A stretch of DNA of 64,000 nt from Nitrospirota bacterium. Its GTDB lineage: Bacteria; Nitrospirota; UBA9217. The position numbers were made by a program, and so were the translations under genes. Under the pieces are notes generated by a model. It searched no databases. It was not told the origin of the DNA and saw nothing but the letters and a program-made list of their open reading frames with translations. Of the stretch, positions 21,825-32,785 are shown piece by piece (positions within the stretch are counted from its first letter, which is position 1; the number at the start of each line of letters is the position of its first letter). The DNA is taken from assembly GCA_963737155.1 (NCBI GenBank), contig CAVTRN010000002.1:1120001-1184000 (forward strand), read 5' to 3'.

Positions 21825-24353
21825 ATGATTTCCTATCCCATAGACAAAATCCTTCCCGAGCTGAAAGAAGCGGTTCGGAACAACTCCTCGGTCATTCTGC
21901 ATGCACCTCCTGGAGCAGGGAAGACTACCCGAGTGCCCCTCGCTCTGCTCGATGTGCTGCCGCGCAGTCAAGGCCGCATCGTCATGCTCGAACCGCGCAG
22001 GATCGCCGCGGTGACTGCGGCGCGATGGATGGCTGCAGTGCTGGATGAGCAGGCAGGGCAAACGATCGGTTACACAATCCGTTTTGACGCAAAAAAATCC
22101 GAGAAGACTCGTATCGAGATCGTTACTGAAGGCATCTTAACGCGCCGAATCCAGTCCGACCCTGGGCTTGACAATACGGCAATGATCATCTTCGATGAAT
22201 TCCACGAGCGCAGTATTCATGCGGACCTGGCTCTGGCGCTCTGTCTTGACATCCGCAGGGAATTGCGGACTGACCTGAAGATCCTCGTCATGTCGGCCAC
22301 GCTGGATTATGGACCCCTCGCTGCGTTGCTTGGTGCCGCGCCCGTCATCACCTCCTCCGGGAAGGCATTTCCCGTAGCCGACCGGTATTTCGCGGACAAG
22401 GCCGGAACCCTGCCGGCACGGATCACGCGGGCAGTAAGGACCGCAATGAAAGAGACTGAGGGAGACATTCTCGTGTTTCTTCCTGGATCGGGCGATATAC
22501 GGGCATGCCTGAAGGAGCTGCACGAGACTCCCGATATTCTTGAGGACCGTGTTTCAATCCACGGGCTTTATGGAGACCTTCCATTCGAGGAGCAGGAGCG
22601 CGCAATCATGCCCTCCATGGATCACCGAAAAATCGTCCTTGCCACGAATATTGCCGAAACGGGCCTGACCATACAAGGCGTGCGGGCCGTGGTCGACAGC
22701 GGACTCACGCGGACCCTTCGGTATGATCCTTCCACAGGAATGAACCGCCTCGTCACAGTGACTCTTTCGCAGGCATCGGCTGAACAAAGAAAAGGAAGGG
22801 CGGGAAGGCTTGGACCGGGGGTGTGCTATCGTCTATACGGTCATCAGGAGCTGCACAGTATGTTGGCTTTTGCCCAGCCGGAGATACTGGTGTCCGACCT
22901 CGCTCCCCTTGTGCTTGAACTTGCGGCCTGGGGTGTGAAAGACCCGCGGATGCTTTCCTGGATTGATATGCCGCCTTCGGCTTCCTGGGATGCTGGTCTG
23001 CAACTCCTGAAAGACCTGAGCGCAGTAGATTCTTCGGGTTCGATCACACGCTCCGGCCGTGCAATGGCGCGGCTTCCTCTTCATCCCAGGCTTTCCCGTC
23101 TCATGACAAGGGCGCAGGAACTGGGTTGCATTCGTCTGGGAGCGGATCTGGCCGCCATTCTTACCGAGCGGGACCTGTTTCGGCAGGGGACTTCGGACGG
23201 CAAGTATAACGACCCGGACGTTTCCGAAAGGGTCGAAGCGTTATGGAGGTGGAGATTGGGAGAGAAACCGCGGGAAAGTGTTGATCCTGCGGCACTTCGA
23301 TCTGTGGAAAGGACTTCAAAACAGCTCCTGCGTATGATGGAAGAACGGCCAGATGCGGCTGTTCAAGGCGGGGTGGATCACGAAATGCTTTCGCGGCTTC
23401 TGCTCTGCGCCTTTCCGGATCGGATTTGCAAGCGGCGCGAGGAAGGGGGAGGTCGTTTTATCCATAATCGCGGACGGGGTGTCCGCCTCTCTTTGAACAG
23501 CCACCTGGGTAGCAGCCCCTTTGTAATCGCTGTGACTGTAGATGCTGGTGAAAAAACAGAAGGCTTCATCCATATTGCCGCACCTGTTTCAGAAGCGCTT
23601 ATCAGGACCGAATGCGCGGCGCGCATTGAAACCGTCAGAAGAGTAGAATGGGACAGAAAGGAGAATAGGATTATAGCTGCGCGAGAGGAGCGGTTGGATA
23701 CCCTGGTCCTGTCGAAAAAACTAGTTATGCCAAGCGACAAGGAAACCGCTCCCATTGTTTGTGATGCGATTCGTGCGAATAGAGAGTTGCTGCATTTCAA
23801 CGGGGAAGCCAAGCAATTTCTGGGTCGTGTAAGATTGATAAGCAGTGCTTATCCTGAAGAGGACTGGCCGGACCTGACCGAGAACAAGCTCTTTTTAGGG
23901 CTTGGGGAATGGCTGCTGCCCTGGCTTGGAAAAGTGCGCAGCGCCCATGATCTAGCAGGCTTGGATATATCCCCTGCGCTCATGGCCCGACTTTCGTGGG
24001 AACAGGCGCGACTCCTAAACGAGCGTGCACCCTTGGCTATCGGTGTCCCGAGCGGGAACCGGGTAACGCTGGACTACTCGTCAGGGGAACAGCCTGTTCT
24101 TGCTGTAAAGATTCAGGAAATGTTTGGACTTGCCGATACCCCATCCGTGGCTGGCGGGAGGGTAAAAGTTCTCCTGCATTTATTGTCCCCCGCACGTAGG
24201 CCTGTACAGATCACGCAGGATCTGAAAGGTTTTTGGAACATCGCCTATCAGGAGGTAAAAAAACACCTGAAAGGACGCTACCCGAAACATCCCTGGCCCG
24301 ACGATCCGTGGAATGCGGTTCCCACGCGAAAAACAAAACCGCGGGGGACATAA
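21825..24353 (+). CDS. hrpB: ATP-dependent RNA helicase HrpB
   Basis: APPGAGKTT, DEFHER, MSAT, QRKGRAGR, C-terminal RYPKHPWPDDP. Confidence 0.96.
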   Translation: MISYPIDKILPELKEAVRNNSSVILHAPPGAGKTTRVPLALLDVLPRSQGRIVMLEPRRIAAVTAARWMAAVLDEQAGQTIGYTIRFDAKKSEKTRIEIVTEGILTRRIQSDPGLDNTAMIIFDEFHERSIHADLALALCLDIRRELRTDLKILVMSATLDYGPLAALLGAAPVITSSGKAFPVADRYFADKAGTLPARITRAVRTAMKETEGDILVFLPGSGDIRACLKELHETPDILEDRVSIHGLYGDLPFEEQERAIMPSMDHRKIVLATNIAETGLTIQGVRAVVDSGLTRTLRYDPSTGMNRLVTVTLSQASAEQRKGRAGRLGPGVCYRLYGHQELHSMLAFAQPEILVSDLAPLVLELAAWGVKDPRMLSWIDMPPSASWDAGLQLLKDLSAVDSSGSITRSGRAMARLPLHPRLSRLMTRAQELGCIRLGADLAAILTERDLFRQGTSDGKYNDPDVSERVEALWRWRLGEKPRESVDPAALRSVERTSKQLLRMMEERPDAAVQGGVDHEMLSRLLLCAFPDRICKRREEGGGRFIHNRGRGVRLSLNSHLGSSPFVIAVTVDAGEKTEGFIHIAAPVSEALIRTECAARIETVRRVEWDRKENRIIAAREERLDTLVLSKKLVMPSDKETAPIVCDAIRANRELLHFNGEAKQFLGRVRLISSAYPEEDWPDLTENKLFLGLGEWLLPWLGKVRSAHDLAGLDISPALMARLSWEQARLLNERAPLAIGVPSGNRVTLDYSSGEQPVLAVKIQEMFGLADTPSVAGGRVKVLLHLLSPARRPVQITQDLKGFWNIAYQEVKKHLKGRYPKHPWPDDPWNAVPTRKTKPRGT

Positions 24354-24648
24354 AGCCTCATTCAAATGATAGATGAAGAGCAAAAGGGAGCACTGACGTA
24401 CGGATTACGCTTGTGTTAACGTGAACATGAGCAGACCATCGTCTTTTGGGTAACCGCAGACTTTCTTATTGCAGACAACGAGAAAGAATGGCGCCTGGCA
24501 TAATATGCAGATCACGTTAGCTGTTAGAAACTGTTTGTTTAGTGAGCGTCTGCAAGTCGCTTATTCAAAGCATCGCAAGACTGAACAGGTGCAGACTGAG
24601 TGCGACATCTTCCGAAAAGCCGCCAACAAAATTCCTTCACTGATCATT

Positions 24649-25002
24649 TTACTTTGTAAATTTGGCGACCTCGACGGGTGCATTCTCGGCCGGTTCATTC
24701 TCATCGTTCTCCGCATTTTGTATCAGCTCGTCATATTTATCAGCAAGCTGCCATGCTCTTCGATAGAGATGCCGCGGCTGTCTCAGGACTATGCGAAACT
24801 GACCGTCATTGAATGAGACGGGCATAAATTCTCCAGCTTCCCGCGCCAAGATGTCTGCCTGTATAATTGCCCATTCACATCCAGTAGCAAATCCGCTGCT
24901 CTGTCCAACCGGGAATCCGGCTGCATAGCCTATTATCAATAATGCAACTGCCAATGCTATTACGGAAATTATTTTCATAAATGTTATCATTAATGTTTTC
25001 AT
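24649..25002 (-). CDS. Hypothetical membrane-anchored protein
   Basis: RBS gagggagg; N-terminal hydrophobic helix. Confidence 0.7.
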   Translation of the reverse strand: MKTLMITFMKIISVIALAVALLIIGYAAGFPVGQSSGFATGCEWAIIQADILAREAGEFMPVSFNDGQFRIVLRQPRHLYRRAWQLADKYDELIQNAENDENEPAENAPVEVAKFTK

Positions 25003-25234
25003 AGTCCCTCCCTCTTAACAGTGATGTTTATAATACTAAAGTTAGGAATAAGGACATACCTATCTTGCAATATATATTGCATAAAAAGCAAGAGCAGTGC
25101 CAAAAAAATAACTTATTGTAAAATTGACGTTTTACATAAGGAGTGTTAAGAAAAATGATGGAATTATTCGTAATGAGTAGCCTATTTTGAACTGCTGATG
25201 CGTTTTGATGGCACTGCTTGAATCAAAGCCTAAG

Positions 25235-25393
25235 CTATTTCGATGCTGCCTCGAAGTCCTTCAAGTTGATCGCCTCTTCATGGAATGCAAGGACGACCTC
25301 CTGGTATCCCTCTGTGGTAAGCTCCTGCCGGTACCGGAAGGAGTATGAAAGCAAGTGACAAGCAACGATACTAATCCGGACTCCTGTTTTCAT
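25235..25393 (-). pseudogene. Possible decayed receiver-domain remnant (52 codons)
   Basis: RYRQELTTEGYQEVVLAFHEEAI resembles the CheY-like segment YKEELxxEGYEVVLAxxGEEAL; acidic pocket and C-terminal half missing. Confidence 0.35.
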
Positions 25394-25518
25394 GATTTTC
25401 CCCTTCTTTCAGTATCCTTTTATTATTTGATTAAACACTCGTCGGCTAGGGACATACGGAAAGTTAATTGCAAAATTCCGGGGATTCGAGTATTGTTTCA
25501 ACAAATATTTCGACTGAT

Positions 25519-26817
25519 ATGAAACCTCGCATACTCCTGATAAATCCCTGGATCCATGATTTCGCCGTCTTCAACCTCTGGGCGCGTCCGCTTGGTCTAC
25601 TCAAGGCTGCTGAGCTTTTGAGCGCCTATGATGCAGATCTGCTCTTTATCGATTGCGCGGATTCCTTCCAGCCCAATAATTACGGAGCCGGTAAGTACCA
25701 ATCAGAGATCATCCAAAAGCCTGAAATGCTGAAAAGCGTACCGCGTTATTACAAGCGTTACGGCATGAGTGTTGAGGTGTTCATATCCAGGCTCAAATCA
25801 ATGATGCCTTTTGATATCGTGCTTATGACTTCAATCATGAGCTACTGGTATCCCGGTGTGCAGAATACAATCAGTCTTGTCAAGGAGGTGGCGGGAGACA
25901 TTCCGGTTATTCTCGGAGGTATTTATCCTACGCTCTACGCTGACCATGCATCCCAGCATTCGGGAGCAGACTCCATCTACGCCGGTTCTCTAAATGACCG
26001 TCTTCTGCCTATAATAAGGAGTTTCGGGATAGCGCTCAGTCCCGTGCGTGAACAGGTGCTGCACCATAATATGGGCCTTTACGCGCGGCATCCTTTCGCG
26101 CCGCTACTCACCTCAACAGGTTGTCCTTTTCATTGTTCCTACTGCGCATCGAGACTGTTGTCCCCGCGATACGAGCGAAGGCCGCTCGACGATATTGAAG
26201 GGGAAATTCAGGAACTCCGAACGCGGGGTGTCCGTGACTTTGTTTTCTACGATGACGCGCTTCTTTACGATGCGGATGATCACATTAAACCGTTGCTGGA
26301 GTCGACGGTACGCAAGGGATTCGATCTGCGGTTCCATGCGCCGAACGGACTGCATGCACGCTTTATTGATGATGAAATGGCCCGATTGATGAAACGGGCA
26401 GGTTTCATGACGGTAAGGTTGAGTCTTGAAACTATTGAGAGCGACAGACAGCAAGCCACCGGCGGCAAAGTAACGACCGATGGTTTCGAACGGTCGGTCG
26501 GGTCCCTGCAAGGGGAAGGTTTTACCAAGGGGAATATTGGCGCTTATCTCCTTTACGGTTTGCCCGGCCAGGCGCTCACTGAAGTGGAAGAGGGGATTGC
26601 ATTCTTAAAAAAGCTGAACGTCCGCATTTACCTTGCCGAATTCTCCCCGATCAGGGGCACAGGATGCTGGGACGATCTCGTGAAAAAGGGCATTATTTCG
26701 AGCGACCTCGATCCTCTTCTAACGAATAATACTGTTTTTCCCTATCTCTATTCAGGATATGATCCGGCTGAAGTGAACAGGATCAAAATCGACGTCAAGG
26801 AATATAATCGCACATAG
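25519..26817 (+). CDS. Cobalamin-binding radical SAM protein
   Basis: ILLINPWIHDFA..PLGLL, ILGGIY, CPFHCSYC. Confidence 0.9.
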   Translation: MKPRILLINPWIHDFAVFNLWARPLGLLKAAELLSAYDADLLFIDCADSFQPNNYGAGKYQSEIIQKPEMLKSVPRYYKRYGMSVEVFISRLKSMMPFDIVLMTSIMSYWYPGVQNTISLVKEVAGDIPVILGGIYPTLYADHASQHSGADSIYAGSLNDRLLPIIRSFGIALSPVREQVLHHNMGLYARHPFAPLLTSTGCPFHCSYCASRLLSPRYERRPLDDIEGEIQELRTRGVRDFVFYDDALLYDADDHIKPLLESTVRKGFDLRFHAPNGLHARFIDDEMARLMKRAGFMTVRLSLETIESDRQQATGGKVTTDGFERSVGSLQGEGFTKGNIGAYLLYGLPGQALTEVEEGIAFLKKLNVRIYLAEFSPIRGTGCWDDLVKKGIISSDLDPLLTNNTVFPYLYSGYDPAEVNRIKIDVKEYNRT

Positions 26818-27028
26818 ACCGAGAGTCTCCGGCGGAAGGAATCCGTGTAATCCGATGACTGACATATCGGGATATTTCTGTCTCTTTCTGCTATACGCAG
26901 GCCGAAAAAAAATTATTTAACCCCGTTCCGGTTTTATGCTAGAATCAACAAAATAAAAACGAAAAGTATACAACCTGTCAATAGTTGCTTACTTACGAAT
27001 AAAATATTTAATTTCATGGGGGATTACC

Positions 27029-27487
27029 ATGATAATAACGGATATCGATCACATCAACCGCCAGATTGCTATGGCACCTATTCTGAAAAAAGCACTGTCT
27101 TTTTTGGGACGACCCGATATTCAGAATCTTGACGATGGTAAAATAGAGATCGATGGAGCTCGCGCGTTTGCAATTGTACAGCGGTACGAGACGATAAAAA
27201 CGGGGGCACCGAAATTCGAGTACCATCGCAAATATCTTGATATCCAAATCATTCTGTCCGGCGACGAGATCATCGGATGGGCGCCCGTGGAACGGATGAA
27301 AATAACTGAGCCCTATGACTCGGGCAGGGACATCTGCTTTGGCACCGTTGAACTAGGGAAGTGGTCCCCAGTGCGTCTGCAGGCAGGTCAGCTGGCAGTG
27401 CTCTGGCCTGAAGACGGTCATGCTCCAAGGATTTCGGCAGGAGACCCCGCCTTGGTGATGAAGATCGTTTTGAAAGTGGCAGTGTGA
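27029..27487 (+). CDS. YhcH/YjgK/YiaL-family protein
   Basis: FEYHRKYLDIQ, WPEDGHAP, KIVLKV. Confidence 0.9.
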   Translation: MIITDIDHINRQIAMAPILKKALSFLGRPDIQNLDDGKIEIDGARAFAIVQRYETIKTGAPKFEYHRKYLDIQIILSGDEIIGWAPVERMKITEPYDSGRDICFGTVELGKWSPVRLQAGQLAVLWPEDGHAPRISAGDPALVMKIVLKVAV

Positions 27488-27575
27488 AAATGTCAAAAGG
27501 AGAGTTAATTCGGGAAGCGGTATCGAATGATGATCAATATATGCATGCTATTTATTGATTCAGAATGTGAGAACA

Positions 27576-27869
27576 ATGAGGAGAAAAAACGGTCAAGAGA
27601 TTAAGAAGGAATTTGAAGTGCGCAAGGTCAGACAGATTATCGCAATTGCACTAACGTTATTTTTTATTTTGCTCTGCGCCATACTCAACGAGCGGCCGAT
27701 TCTTTATGCAAATTTTTCCAAGGGAGTGCTTGTCGGAGCACAGATCGTTGCTATTGCAGCATTTGTGGGCTTTTCGGCTCTTAATTGGAGATGTCCATCC
27801 TGCGGAAAATACATAGGCGGAGACATCGGCAGGAAAACGTGTAAAAAGTGCAAGGCAAGGTTGCGATGA
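27576..27869 (+). CDS. Small 2-TM protein with C-terminal zinc ribbon
   Basis: Two hydrophobic helices, WRCPSC...CKKC. Confidence 0.75.
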   Translation: MRRKNGQEIKKEFEVRKVRQIIAIALTLFFILLCAILNERPILYANFSKGVLVGAQIVAIAAFVGFSALNWRCPSCGKYIGGDIGRKTCKKCKARLR

Positions 27870-28131
27870 GAGAAACTAAGGTGTAAAACAGAAAGTACTG
27901 GAATCAGCAAACGCGGCGCTTGCCGACTACCCGCCCCCGTTCCCGATTTGCCCTTCTCTCTAGATTAAAAGCTGGGACAATTGAGGGTCAACGTTTCCCG
28001 CAAATCCCCATCCGTCTCTGCTTACTTCCGCCCTGCTCAGCATATTATCAGCGAGTAGGGAATAGAGACGGTATGTGCGTTCTTGCCGGTACGACCCGAA
28101 TAAAAACCAAGGATACTGGTCCCTGCTGAGG

Positions 28132-29343
28132 TTATACCTTCTCCAGCGCTTGCTTCAAGTCAGCGATTAAATCATCCGGGTCTTCAAGGCCCAGAGCGAG
28201 TCTTACCAGGTTGTCTGCCATGCCGATCTTTTTCCGGTAGTCCTCGGGATAGTCGAAGAATGACATCATCCACATCTGGGTCACGAGGCTCTCGCTTCCT
28301 CCGAGGCTGGGTGTGATGAGAAAAAGTTCCAAGGAGTCGATGAACTTGCGGGTCCCGGCGTCGTCGCCTTTCAGCAGGAACGTGACCACGCTGCCGAAAC
28401 CCTTCATCTGTTCCTTTGCGATGTTGCGGTCCGGGTGAGAATCGAGGCCAGGATACCATACTTTTTCTATCTTCGGATGAGCCTCGAGCATGCGCGCGAT
28501 GGCTAGGCCTGCCTCGTTGTGGTGTTTCATCCGGAGGCCGAAGGTCTTGAGACCGCGCTCGAGCAGGAAACAGGTAAGGGGGCCAGGTGTGGCGCCGATC
28601 ATGCGCTGCATGCGGTAAACGTCGTTCATGAGCTTGTCCGAACCGAGCGCAACGCCGGCAAGGAGGTCATTGTGTCCGCCCAGATATTTGGTAGCCGAGT
28701 GGACGATCACGTCAACGCCCATTTCCAGGGGCTTGATGTTATAGGGTGTTGCCAGCGTGGCGTCGATGATGGTCATAACCTGGTGCTGCTTTGCGACCCT
28801 CACCACCGATACAAGATCCAGGCACCGGAGATAAGGGTTTGTCGGCGATTCCGTGAAGATGATGTTGGTGTTCGGCCGGATTGCTTGCTCAATGGCTTCG
28901 GCAGTGGGGTCCACCATCGAAACCTGGATGCCGAACTCAGCAAGGAGATTCGCGGCGAAGTCGCGAGTCTGACGGTAGCAGTCGCTTGTGAATATGATAT
29001 GGCCGTCACGGCGCATGAAGGTCATGAGCGTCAGGATCACGGCGGACATGCCCGAGGAGAACAGCACCGCGCGCTCGGCGCTCTCGACAGCCGCAAGCTT
29101 GCGCTCGCATTCCTGCTGGGTTGGATTGCCGTAGCGGCCGTACTCGTGCTCGCGGATCGTTTTGCCTTCGCTCTTGGCTTTCATGAAGTCGTAGACTTCC
29201 TGTGTGTTGTTGAAGTAATAATTCGACGTGTGCACGATCGGCGTGGAAACCGAGAAATGCGCGTGGTGCACGCGATCCAGACCATGGATGGCGAGCGTAG
29301 CGGGATTCCAATTCTTGGGATGGGACGATTGATTATCAGACAT
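28132..29343 (-). CDS. metB: Cystathionine gamma-synthase (plant-type)
   Basis: [34 protein letters not shown]. Confidence 0.85.
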   Translation of the reverse strand: MSDNQSSHPKNWNPATLAIHGLDRVHHAHFSVSTPIVHTSNYYFNNTQEVYDFMKAKSEGKTIREHEYGRYGNPTQQECERKLAAVESAERAVLFSSGMSAVILTLMTFMRRDGHIIFTSDCYRQTRDFAANLLAEFGIQVSMVDPTAEAIEQAIRPNTNIIFTESPTNPYLRCLDLVSVVRVAKQHQVMTIIDATLATPYNIKPLEMGVDVIVHSATKYLGGHNDLLAGVALGSDKLMNDVYRMQRMIGATPGPLTCFLLERGLKTFGLRMKHHNEAGLAIARMLEAHPKIEKVWYPGLDSHPDRNIAKEQMKGFGSVVTFLLKGDDAGTRKFIDSLELFLITPSLGGSESLVTQMWMMSFFDYPEDYRKKIGMADNLVRLALGLEDPDDLIADLKQALEKV

Positions 29344-30682
29344 TCATTGTTCTCCTATTCTTTAATGCCTGTTCCAGGGCTTTTTTGACAGCATCCACCG
29401 TGGGCGGTAACTCTATCGGTTTGTTGGCATAGGTACAGGGGAATTCGAGCTTTTTCTCGTGGTACTGGACTTTGAAATCAGTGAACTTGAGGCCGTGGGC
29501 TGTTGAAATGACCACGACCTTCTCTCTCTTGTCGATCTTACCCGTCTTCAGGAGTTTGAGCAGCGCGGCGAGAGCCACTCCCGTATGGGGACAGTTGAAC
29601 ATCCCTGTCGTGTCGCCCAGGGCAGCGGCATCGGCCAGTTCCTGCTCAGTGGCATCCATGACGATTCCGTCGAACTGCTTCAACGTCCTGATCGCCTTCT
29701 CGATACTTACGGGATTGCCGATCTGGATCGCGCTGGCCAACGTTTTCTGCGCCTGCATGGGTTCGAAGCTCGCGAAATTCTTGAGATATGAACGGTAGAG
29801 AGGATTGGCCCGCTCAGCCTGGGCCACGACGATCCTGGGTAACCTGTCGATGAGCCCAAGGTCGCGCATCATGAGCAATCCCGAACCGAGGGCCGAAACA
29901 TTCCCGAGATTGCCTCCGGGGATGATAATTACGTCAGGTACTTCCCAGTCAAACTGCTGCACGATCTCGATGCCTACTGTTTTCTGGCCTTCGATCCGGA
30001 GCGAGTTCATCGAATTTGCCAGATAAATGGTGTTGTCCTTTGTGATCTCTTGCACAACGCGCATGCAGCCGTCGAAGTCCGTATCGAGCGAAAGAACCAA
30101 GGCGCCGTTGGCGATTGGCTGGACGAGCTGGGCTATTGATATTTTGCCCTTGGGAAGGAGCACGATGGACTGGATGCCGGCGGCCGCGCAATAGGTGGCT
30201 AATGCGGCAGAGGTGTCGCCCGTGGACGCGCAGGCAACGGCCTGGATCGGGACTCCCTCGCTGATCATCTGCTTCACCTGGGACACGAGCACCGTCATGC
30301 CCAAGTCCTTGAAGGAACCACTATGGGAATTGCCGCAGAGTTTGATCCAGACGTTGTCAAGGCCTATGATTTTGCCGAACCGCTCGGCCCAGAAAAGGTT
30401 CGTCGCGCCTTCATACACTGAAACGACATTGTCGTCATGGATGTTCGGCAGGATCCACTCTTTCTTGCCCCACACACCGGAGCCGTAAGGCCACTGGGTG
30501 GACTTATAGCGGTCTTCGAACAGTTTCATCCATGCCTTGGAGCTTCGGTGCGCAAGAGCCTGCATGTCGTGCTGCACGCCCAAGAGCGATCCACAGGCTT
30601 CACAGCGATAGATGATTTTGTTCAGGGGGTATTGCGATTTGCATTGTTCATTGATGCATTGAAACCATGCTCGATATGACAT
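29336..30682 (-). CDS. thrC: Threonine synthase (plant-type)
   Basis: [56 protein letters not shown]; start MSYRAW after RBS gagggtg. Confidence 0.95.
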   Translation of the reverse strand: MSYRAWFQCINEQCKSQYPLNKIIYRCEACGSLLGVQHDMQALAHRSSKAWMKLFEDRYKSTQWPYGSGVWGKKEWILPNIHDDNVVSVYEGATNLFWAERFGKIIGLDNVWIKLCGNSHSGSFKDLGMTVLVSQVKQMISEGVPIQAVACASTGDTSAALATYCAAAGIQSIVLLPKGKISIAQLVQPIANGALVLSLDTDFDGCMRVVQEITKDNTIYLANSMNSLRIEGQKTVGIEIVQQFDWEVPDVIIIPGGNLGNVSALGSGLLMMRDLGLIDRLPRIVVAQAERANPLYRSYLKNFASFEPMQAQKTLASAIQIGNPVSIEKAIRTLKQFDGIVMDATEQELADAAALGDTTGMFNCPHTGVALAALLKLLKTGKIDKREKVVVISTAHGLKFTDFKVQYHEKKLEFPCTYANKPIELPPTVDAVKKALEQALKNRRTMNV

Positions 30683-31066
30683 ACGATTCACCCTCGGTTG
30701 TGCAATTTCACGGAAATGACCGTCTGAGCTTGGGAACAAAGATGATTTCACACCGTGCGTTCTTCGTATTCCCGGCGCTCTCCGGGCATCAGGAAATATA
30801 GCATAATGACCTGTGAAGAATCAATGCAAATTAACAGATGTGGGCGAGAATAGTTCATGGTTCAGAGTTCAAAGGGACGGTGGATAGAGCCTGCTGAATG
30901 CAGCGGTTTCTCGGGAAGACTGAAAACGGCATGAACGAAGGAAATTTGATTTCCCTATGTCAGTCATGACCGTTACACAAACCGATCTAGCCAAGATCAT
31001 TTGGTTGATTTGCCGACCTGTAAATATCCCTTTTTCTTGTGCGCTTTTTTATGTTAAAATAAATAC

Positions 31067-31633
31067 ATGCAAAACATTGACGTGAACAACAAACACGACG
31101 ATGCAACAATATCGGGTGGACCGGACGAGGTGCTGGATGTAAAGCCCGCTGATTACCTGAAGGCGGTGAAAACCAATCTGCGGAATGGCAAACAGAAGGA
31201 GGCTTTTGTCCTGTTGCAACAAGCTGCGGTGCGGTTCCCCGACGAGCCTCTTATTCTTTCTTATTATGGCTGTTTTCAGGCTCTGGTGGACAAGAAGTAC
31301 CGGAGTGGTGTGGAAACCTGCAAAAAAGCGATTGCCATGCTCAGGCAAAAAGGGGCTTTTGAGGAAGATCTGCTCTTTCCGGTGTTTTATCTCAATCTCG
31401 GCAGGGCCTATATGTCGGCGGGAAAGAAGCCTGACGCAATCGAGGCATATACAAAAGGGATGAAGTACGACTGCAGTAACGGCGATCTTCTTAGGGAATT
31501 GCGAGGTTTGGGAATACGACAAGCGCCTCCTGTTCCCTGTCTCGATCGATCTAACCCTATCAATAAATATATCGGCTTGATCCTTCGGGCGGTGGTGAAA
31601 AATACCGGGAAAGCGAATAGGAAACGTGCTTAA
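31067..31633 (+). CDS. TPR-like protein
   Basis: LSYYG, FYLNLGRAY, LGIRQAPPVPCLDRSNPINKYIG. Confidence 0.8.
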   Translation: MQNIDVNNKHDDATISGGPDEVLDVKPADYLKAVKTNLRNGKQKEAFVLLQQAAVRFPDEPLILSYYGCFQALVDKKYRSGVETCKKAIAMLRQKGAFEEDLLFPVFYLNLGRAYMSAGKKPDAIEAYTKGMKYDCSNGDLLRELRGLGIRQAPPVPCLDRSNPINKYIGLILRAVVKNTGKANRKRA

Positions 31634-31918
31634 AGGTAGGAAATATCGAGAGGCTGTTCAGCTCAGGCGCTGTCAGAATAGATTGCGGTTGCCTTTTTTT
31701 GCGCTCAATGACTTGCTGCTTACCGTTCCTGAATCCTTAGTATTTTATTTCCATATATTATGAGGGCAGCCGAACCCTGCTCCAAATAGCTGTTCCAGAG
31801 TTTTGTTGCGGAGAAACCAAGTAAACTGAGCAAAAAGGCAGTGCTGTCGTCATTGACTAATTCTTTACCGACAACGGTTATTGTTTGGATCTCCGTATCT
31901 TTAGTGGGCTTAACCTAT

Positions 31919-31963
31919 ATCCCCGCCCTGAGGAGATGGGGTTTTACGGTGCATAAGGATAAA
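31919..31963 (-). mobile_element. Solo IS200/IS605-type left end
   Basis: Minus strand reads TTTAT | 13 nt | AAAA | cccc...gggg hairpin | AT; same geometry as the left end of the 144-bp element. Confidence 0.55.
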
Positions 31964-32022
31964 AAAAGACCGTCGACTAAAGCATTCGCCGGTCATCGAT
32001 ATAGAAGTCCTGCACTAGTCGG

Positions 32023-32340
32023 TTATCCGCCCATGTAGCCGCCGGAAAACTCGCTTTTTGCGATTTCTTCGGAAGACGCCACCGATGCCACGCGGTCAAA
32101 CTCCCGGTCTGTTCCTTTCCATTCAAAGGGACAGGCTTTCATCAGCAGTTGGAGCTTCCATTCGACCATATCAGAGAGCTCGCTAAGGTGTCGTTCGTAG
32201 ATATTTGAACTTTCGCTGTCCTCACCATATGCCTTTTTCGCATCTTCCCGGAGGAGGTGAATGCTCTCTTTTATGCTCATGAGTTTCCCACTCAATTCAT
32301 CACAATACCCATTAATCTTTATATTTTTTACAGTTGCCAT
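32023..32340 (-). CDS. Hypothetical protein ending SGGYMGG
   Basis: Strong RBS gaggagg before MATVK; helical protein with ACPFEW motif. Confidence 0.75.
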   Translation of the reverse strand: MATVKNIKINGYCDELSGKLMSIKESIHLLREDAKKAYGEDSESSNIYERHLSELSDMVEWKLQLLMKACPFEWKGTDREFDRVASVASSEEIAKSEFSGGYMGG

Positions 32341-32785
32341 TTGGTGCCTCCTCTTGCTTTCGGGCCGGGGAGTATATGGCAAGTATCCCCTCTTGTCCGC
32401 ATTTCCCGCTTCTTTTCTCGCCGGGATGCATGACATTCATCTTATAATAAAAGTATAACACCGGCGAAGCCCTGATGTGCAATTAGCTTGATATTTTATA
32501 TGCTGGAACCAGGGTCGAGCTGACTGCCCAGCAGTGGCTGCTTTGCACAGCCTGTGGTCAACCGGTTTGCCTGGAGAAAAACCAGGCCCTCAATATCAGA
32601 CCATGATTTGGGGACGTGACAGACATATCTGCGGTATTTACCATCAGAATCAGCAACAGTCCTCAGTGGCAACAGAGTCTGATTCGGGAATCCTTTGCAC
32701 TGAGGTCGGGAAGGATGCCACCCGTGTAAGGAAGGCGGATAACTGAAAATTTTCAACGTTTGGAAAACGAGAACAGAACCCATGC

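Noticed and set aside
30683-31066. SAM riboswitch or T-box upstream of thrC-metB
   Set aside because: No recognisable consensus on the minus strand
32496-32783. Short ORFs downstream of pntB
   Set aside because: No motifs or RBS; likely non-coding or decayed DNA
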